DNA of 64,000 bases from Nitrososphaeria archaeon (GTDB taxonomy: Archaea > Thermoproteota > Nitrososphaeria > JACIWG01). The stretch is taken from positions 50,911 through 114,910 of the forward strand of contig JARVJP010000009.1 of assembly GCA_029776065.1 (NCBI GenBank). Reading direction: 5' to 3'. Every line of letters starts with the position of its first letter. Position 1 is the stretch's first letter. Below, one piece after another: positions 59,958-64,000 of the stretch. A model generated the notes under the pieces. That model ran no database searches and was not told the DNA's origin. It saw only the letters and a program-made list of their open reading frames with translations. The position numbers were made by a program, and so were the translations under genes.

Positions 59958-62180
59958 TTATTCTTTGTCTATGAATTCCTCAGGAGATGGAGGAATTTCG
60001 CTTAAACCCTTTCTTTTCCTTATTGACGCGATTAATTGCGTAAGGATGCTTGTTGGAACAACATTCCATTCTTTAAAGTGGGTGTTCCACATGGCTTTCC
60101 CAGCTGTTGCTCCTCTCATTGCTTCACTAAGATCGAAGGTTTCTGCTGCTGGAATAACACCTTCTACAATTGTAAGAATGCCTTTCTGCTCAACATTAAG
60201 CATCCTACCTCTTCTAGCCGAGATAACACTAGCGATTGGTCCTATCAACTCACTACTTGCTTTGACCTCGATACCCAGAATTGGCTCTAATAGAGTTGGG
60301 TTGGCTAATAGCAAAGCACCTAGAATAGCTCTTCTAGAAGCGGGTAAAAGTTGTGCATATGTCCTATGAGCTGGATCTTCGTGAAACTCCGCGTGATGAA
60401 GTATTACCTTAATACCTCTACACGACTCTTGAGCAAGAGGGCCATTCTCCATCACGTCTGAGAAACCAACTTTTATTGAATCAATTGACTCTTGCATGAA
60501 TTGAACACCTTTAGTTGAATCAATAAATATATTACCTCTTGGGTCAACAGAGATCACGTTTCTGGCTTCGTCCGCATCCCATCCGTGGTCCCTTAATATC
60601 TTAGCTACAGTCTTCTTATCACTTTGTTCATTAATTGTATTGTTTCTGATCAGTTCAATTATTTCAGATGCTAATGGTTCGACTTTCATAAATATACGGT
60701 TATGCTTATTCGGGGATTTGGACATAACAGGACCAGCAGAACCACGGATCGTTTCACGATAGTTGATTAGTGGAGGAGTAGTTACAATTTCAAGTCCTGC
60801 TTGAGCAATAAGTGTTGTAGCGATTTCTAGATGAAGTACACCCATTCCTGACATAAGCATTTCCCCTGTTTCTTCATTTATTTTGACAACAAGGTTAGGA
60901 TCTTCAATTGAAATTTTCCTTAAAGTGTCGATCAGCTTAGGAAGATCGCGTGGGTACTTAGGTTCAACAGCAATAGTTACAACTGGTTCAGAAACATACT
61001 TTATTTGTTCAAATGGCGTTATGTCCTTAATTGAGGAAATCGTTTCTCCAGCACGAGCTGCGTCTAGACCAAGTAAAGCTGGAATGTTACCTGAACCTAT
61101 GACCCCAATCAATTCTCTAAATGGCCCCATAAACATATTAACGGATTGGATTCTAGCTTGCGTCCTTGCGTTACTTAAAAAGACCGTATCCCCATCATGC
61201 ACAGTACCAGAAAATAGTCTACCTACTGCTACAACACCAGCTTGTGGATCAACTACAACATTTGTGACCATCATCACTATAGGTCCTTTCTCATCACAAT
61301 TTACTAGAGAAATTCCTATATCAGAGTTGAGGTCGCCTTTCCATATTTTCGGTATACGATACTTCTGTGCAACGTGCGGAGGAGGATGATGTCTAACAAC
61401 CATGGATAAAACAGCTTCATGAAGTGGAAAATTTTCAGACAAAACCTTTAGATTACCTTCTTCATATGCTTTATAAATATCACTAAATTTTACACCTTTT
61501 TTCTGAGCGATCATGAAATTGAATCCCCATCTATCCTTTGCTGAACCAAAGGCTACACTACTATCTTGTATGCTTACCTTCCACTTTTGCTTATATTCAG
61601 GTTCAGCATATATTTCAACTAAATCATTAAATTCATTTACAATGTTTGCAAGCCAAGCCTGCATTTTATCTGGTGTAAGTTTTAATTCTTTAATCAACCT
61701 ATCAATTTTGTTTATATAAAGCACAGGACGAACTCGCTCCTCTAACGCCTGTCTAGTTACAGTTTCAGTTTGTGTCATAATACCTTCAACCGAATCTGAA
61801 ACGACAACGACACCATCAATTGCTCTGAGGCTTCGAGTGACCCTCCCTGTAAAGTCGATATGCCCTGGAGTGTCGATCAAATTTATAACGTAAGGGACGT
61901 TTTCATATTCATAATATAACGTTACATTCGCTGCTTTTATAGTCATCTGCCTTTGTTGCTCTAGATCCATATAATCTAAGGCAAGTGCTTGCCCCGCAAC
62001 AGAGGGACTGAGCATTCCGCAAGCAGCAAGAAGACTATCACTCATAGTCGTTTTTCCATGGTCTACGTGGGCAACAACACCTAGATAATTCGGGTCAGAA
62101 GTGCCCTTCTAAACCTTTCGAATCTGGTCTTTGTTGCCTATAATCTTTAATGCCTCTGAGGTAGTTTTATATCTTGGCAT
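59958..62180 (-). CDS. fusA: translation elongation factor aEF-2, split by a 30-nt BHB intron (exons 62117..62180 and 59958..62086)
   Basis: The track ORF starts just after the P-loop. The same frame continues upstream to ATG 62180 ([44 protein letters not shown]) with a single TAG. Removing 62087..62116 gives a 730-aa protein whose first 35 residues match the length of the crenarchaeal aEF-2 N-terminus as I recall it. Confidence 0.85.
62087..62116 (-). other. candidate bulge-helix-bulge intron within the aEF-2 coding sequence
   Basis: RNA: AGA-UUCG-AAA-GGUU-U-AGAAG-GGCA-CUUCU-GACC-CGAA-UUA-UCU. The central 4-bp helix is UUCG/CGAA, flanked by the 3-nt bulges AAA and UUA, with inner and outer helices. 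The insert contains the in-frame TAG (62109..62111). Confidence 0.7.
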
Positions 62181-62234
62181 ATCAAATCATACACTAACCC
62201 ACTAAATGAAGACTTTTAAAATATTTTGGTATTC

Positions 62235-62837
62235 TTACTCTATGTTAGCGTGTCTTTTCCTCATATCTGCTTCTTCTACATTAAGTTGAATCATTAAAGT
62301 AGCTATCACTGAATCGAGTAAGAACATCGCACTATCTTCAAAGACTGTCCCAAGAGGGGCTAATGGCTCATGTAACCCTAAAATTTGTCTAGCAAAATAA
62401 TCTTTTGTTGAAATTTCTACACGCCCTTTAAGAAACACGGTATGAGTTGAGATCCGTCCAAGTGGGGATGAAGGATAAGATGTTATTGCAACGACTTCTG
62501 CATTAACTTGTTTAGCTGCTTCAGCTGCTGTAACAACTAGTTTAGTTGTACCAGACCCTGAAATTGCTATTACAAGATCTTCTTTTGATACAGAAGGTAC
62601 TATTGTATCTCCTAAGACATACGCATTAAATCCTAAATGCAGGAGACGCATTCCAAATGCTTTGCCGATTAAACCACTTCTACCAGCACCCATAATTAAG
62701 ATCTTGTTATTTCTATGGGACTTTAAGATTTCAATAAAGCGGATTAATTCGTCTTCATTAAGTTGCGATAAATTTTCCTTAACCAACTCTAATAGAACGA
62801 TCGCCCTTTCTTTAATTTGACTGCCATTATCGCTCAT
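62235..62837 (-). CDS. hxlB: 6-phospho-3-hexuloisomerase (SIS domain)
   Basis: [28 protein letters not shown], and a C-terminal [18 protein letters not shown]...RKRHANIE that resembles archaeal PHI. Confidence 0.8.
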   Translation of the reverse strand: MSDNGSQIKERAIVLLELVKENLSQLNEDELIRFIEILKSHRNNKILIMGAGRSGLIGKAFGMRLLHLGFNAYVLGDTIVPSVSKEDLVIAISGSGTTKLVVTAAEAAKQVNAEVVAITSYPSSPLGRISTHTVFLKGRVEISTKDYFARQILGLHEPLAPLGTVFEDSAMFLLDSVIATLMIQLNVEEADMRKRHANIE

Positions 62838-62868
62838 AATTTTGGGTTAATTTATACAGTATAATAAG

Positions 62869-63534
62869 TTATTTGCTTATCTTTTCAAAGTAGTTTTCAT
62901 ATCGATTCCATGGCGTATCCAATAAAGATCTGATCGTTCTAGCCCTTTTAATACCTAAGCCTTTTACTGTTGAAAGTTCTTGGGTAGAGGCTAAGAAAAT
63001 GTTCTTAGGTGAACCAAATCTTTCAAGAAGTCTTATGGCAATTAGCCGTCCTACTTTAGGAAGGGAGGAGACAATGTAAACTTGTTGATCAAAAAATGCT
63101 TTTTTCTTTAAATGCTTGACTGGAGGAGAATACTTGTTAGGAATTTTATTGATTAGAGAAGAAATTACTAGCGCAGTTTCTTTTTCAGATAAAACGTTAA
63201 TTAGATTTACTTTAAAGTTTAGAAGCAAAGATATAATAGTTCCATATATTACCTTTGGATTATGGATATATTTTTCTAGGTCTTTATAATTGCCTTCGAC
63301 GATTAAAAAGGGAGAAGAATAGTTTGATGTTAGGTTATCAACTTGTACAAAAAGTCTGCCGTCGAAGAGGGAGGAGGCAAAGTCTGATAGAGTCTTTCGT
63401 TCAACAGCAACTTCTGGGCTTATTATATAGTCACCTATCTCTAAATGTTTAAAATGCACTTTAACACCCAATTCTTTTAGAAGTGAGGGCACAAGGGACT
63501 TTGATTCCCTATGATCAACAATAACGTAACTCAT
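62869..63534 (-). CDS. xpf: XPF/ERCC4-type structure-specific nuclease, short form (nuclease + HhH2)
   Basis: VDHRE, GDYII, ERKTLSDFASSLFDGRLFVQ, and a C-terminal HhH2 (LPKVGRLIAIRLLERFGS...VKGLGIKRA). 221 aa. Confidence 0.85.
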   Translation of the reverse strand: MSYVIVDHRESKSLVPSLLKELGVKVHFKHLEIGDYIISPEVAVERKTLSDFASSLFDGRLFVQVDNLTSNYSSPFLIVEGNYKDLEKYIHNPKVIYGTIISLLLNFKVNLINVLSEKETALVISSLINKIPNKYSPPVKHLKKKAFFDQQVYIVSSLPKVGRLIAIRLLERFGSPKNIFLASTQELSTVKGLGIKRARTIRSLLDTPWNRYENYFEKISK

Positions 63535-63542
63535 TTGAATCT

Positions 63543-64000
63543 CTATATATGGAGAAAGTAGATAGCATATATAAAAACGATCATAAAACAGATAGCAACA
63601 GTTGCAGCAAAGTAATCTCTTTTTCTTAGGTGTAAAGAATAATAGGAGGTCTTCTTTTTAGAGAAACCATAAGCGCGTGACTCCATTGCCTCTGCTAGTT
63701 CTTCGCTTCTAATAATAGCTTGTACAATTAATGGGATAAGAACGGGAATATAATTCTTAATCCTCTTTATAAAATTGCCTTTTTCGATTTCTAAACCTCT
63801 TGAACGTTGGGAGTCTAATATCTGAATTGCATCAAGCATTATTACAGGAACAAATCGAACAGCCGTTACAAACGCGAATATCAAGTCATATGGAAGGTAA
63901 AATGATTTCATGACCAGTTCTAATTCATCTGGTGAAGAAGTCAAAAAGAAGATCGAAGTGGAGGATACGACAGAGATGAACCTTAATGAGATAATTATTG
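63543..64000 (-). CDS. ECF/cobalt transporter transmembrane (T, CbiQ/EcfT) component; the N-terminus lies beyond the right window edge
   Basis: AVRFVPVIMLDAIQILDSQRSRGLE and AEAMESRAYG blocks. The frame stays open from 63944 to 64000. Confidence 0.7.
   Translation of the reverse strand, partial: IIISLRFISVVSSTSIFFLTSSPDELELVMKSFYLPYDLIFAFVTAVRFVPVIMLDAIQILDSQRSRGLEIEKGNFIKRIKNYIPVLIPLIVQAIIRSEELAEAMESRAYGFSKKKTSYYSLHLRKRDYFAATVAICFMIVFIYAIYFLHI

Noticed and set aside
62109-62111. The in-frame TAG in aEF-2 read as pyrrolysine, programmed readthrough, or a sign of pseudogenisation
   Set aside because: The TAG lies inside a 10-codon insertion relative to homologues, and that insertion forms a complete BHB motif. 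Precise excision restores the conserved sequence. No Pyl machinery is visible in the window. The rest of the 730-codon gene is intact. A sequencing or assembly artefact cannot be excluded without the reads.

Overview
Archaeal chromosome segment with dense, mostly overlapping or tightly spaced genes and no rRNA or CRISPR. Several features point to a TACK/Crenarchaeota-like lineage: an aEF-2 N-terminus MPRYKT..., a short nuclease+HhH2 XPF, gins23-mcm synteny, and a non-canonical tRNA intron. The window is rich in information-processing genes: GINS23-MCM (with an intein)-Hel308, RFC small and large subunits, Orc1/Cdc6, XPF, an OB-fold protein, HisRS, aEF-2, a tRNA-splicing endonuclease subunit and four tRNAs. 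Metabolic modules include a two-subunit 2-oxoacid:ferredoxin oxidoreductase, nadB-nadA-nadC, moaC-moaB-moaA, purB, mtnA, PHI, a PdxA-family dehydrogenase with a DUF1537 kinase, two URO-D/MtaA-like proteins, and a nucleotide-sugar/AglH glycosylation cluster. The main finding is that the essential aEF-2 gene is interrupted, inside the codons just before its GTP-binding P-loop, by a 30-nt insert carrying an in-frame TAG. That insert folds into a textbook bulge-helix-bulge (BHB) splicing motif, and cutting it by the BHB rule exactly restores the conserved [18 protein letters not shown] sequence. This makes it a candidate endonuclease-spliced intron in a protein-coding mRNA. Its BHB core closely resembles the 59/60 T-loop intron of a tRNA-Gln in the same window, and the EndA homologue here lacks the catalytic His. 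Other notable items are a catalytically dead class III RNR (NrdD)-like protein fused to a wHTH and an ATP-cone, an MCM P-loop intein with degenerate LAGLIDADG motifs, a decayed SF2 helicase next to tRNA-Gly, a tRNA-Gly with C33, and a strong GC-content mosaic (left ~15 kb about 47% GC, the rest about 30-38%, by hand counts).
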